Assembly: GCA_030390025.1 (NCBI GenBank)
Contig: CM059432.1
Location: forward strand, 103,170,001-103,234,000
DNA length: 64,000 nucleotides
From: Squalus acanthias
Taxonomy: Eukaryota
Direction of reading: 5' to 3'
Shown here: positions 63,916 to 64,000 of the stretch, piece after piece
Layout: every line of letters starts with the position of its first letter
Position numbering within the stretch: position 1 is the first letter of the stretch
The notes under the pieces: model-generated
What the model saw: only the letters and a program-made list of their open reading frames with translations
Databases searched by the model: none
Told to the model about the DNA's origin: nothing
Translations under genes and position numbers: made by a program

Positions 63916-63987
63916 CTGGAGCTCTGGTGCCAGCATTGGATGACTGAAGTGAAAAAATGCCGCGTTCCTAGTATTAGCATCCATCAC
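63916..63987 (-). pseudogene. Candidate upstream pseudo-exon
   Basis: aattaag|GTG ... CAG|gtcagg; 72 nt open, VMDANTRNAAFFHFSHPMLAPELQ; phase fits the next exon. Confidence 0.4.
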
Positions 63988-64000
63988 CTTAATTAGCACA

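Larger units (their letters stand above)
5140..63987 (-). pseudogene. Multi-exon degraded host gene (at least 11 exons), tentatively TASOR/TEX15/SPOCD1-like (pseudo-PARP + SPOC-like domains)
   Basis: Exons with AG/GT boundaries and mostly matching phases at 63916-63987, ~52600-52930, 48263-48437+40589-40760, 40383-40469, 24023-24257, 21187-21333, ~19520-19935, 18945-19086, 6042-6226, 5792-5924 and 5140-5608; many in-frame stops and frameshifts. The family call is by eye only. Confidence 0.65.

Overview
Eukaryotic DNA, almost certainly from a cartilaginous fish (shark-type CR1/HER1 LINEs, HE1- and Deu-type SINEs), and mostly nested transposable elements: CR1 LINEs, a second LINE clade, RTE, Penelope elements with hammerhead-ribozyme cores, PIF/Harbinger transposons and MITEs, and solo LTRs. 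Two things stand out. (1) A young two-LTR provirus (11799-17539, minus strand) has a tRNA-Lys PBS, a gag that is intact once a CR1 insertion is removed, no pol, and the 3' part of an atypical env. The inserted CR1 is fused in frame to the gag ATG, giving an open 551-aa Gag-leader/LINE-RT chimera. (2) The unique DNA between the repeats holds at least 11 mostly phase-compatible minus-strand exons of a dead host gene spanning nearly the whole window. By eye its translation resembles a pseudo-PARP (DUF3715-like) plus SPOC-domain protein of the TASOR/TEX15/SPOCD1 type. All family assignments are by-eye motif recognition, not database results.
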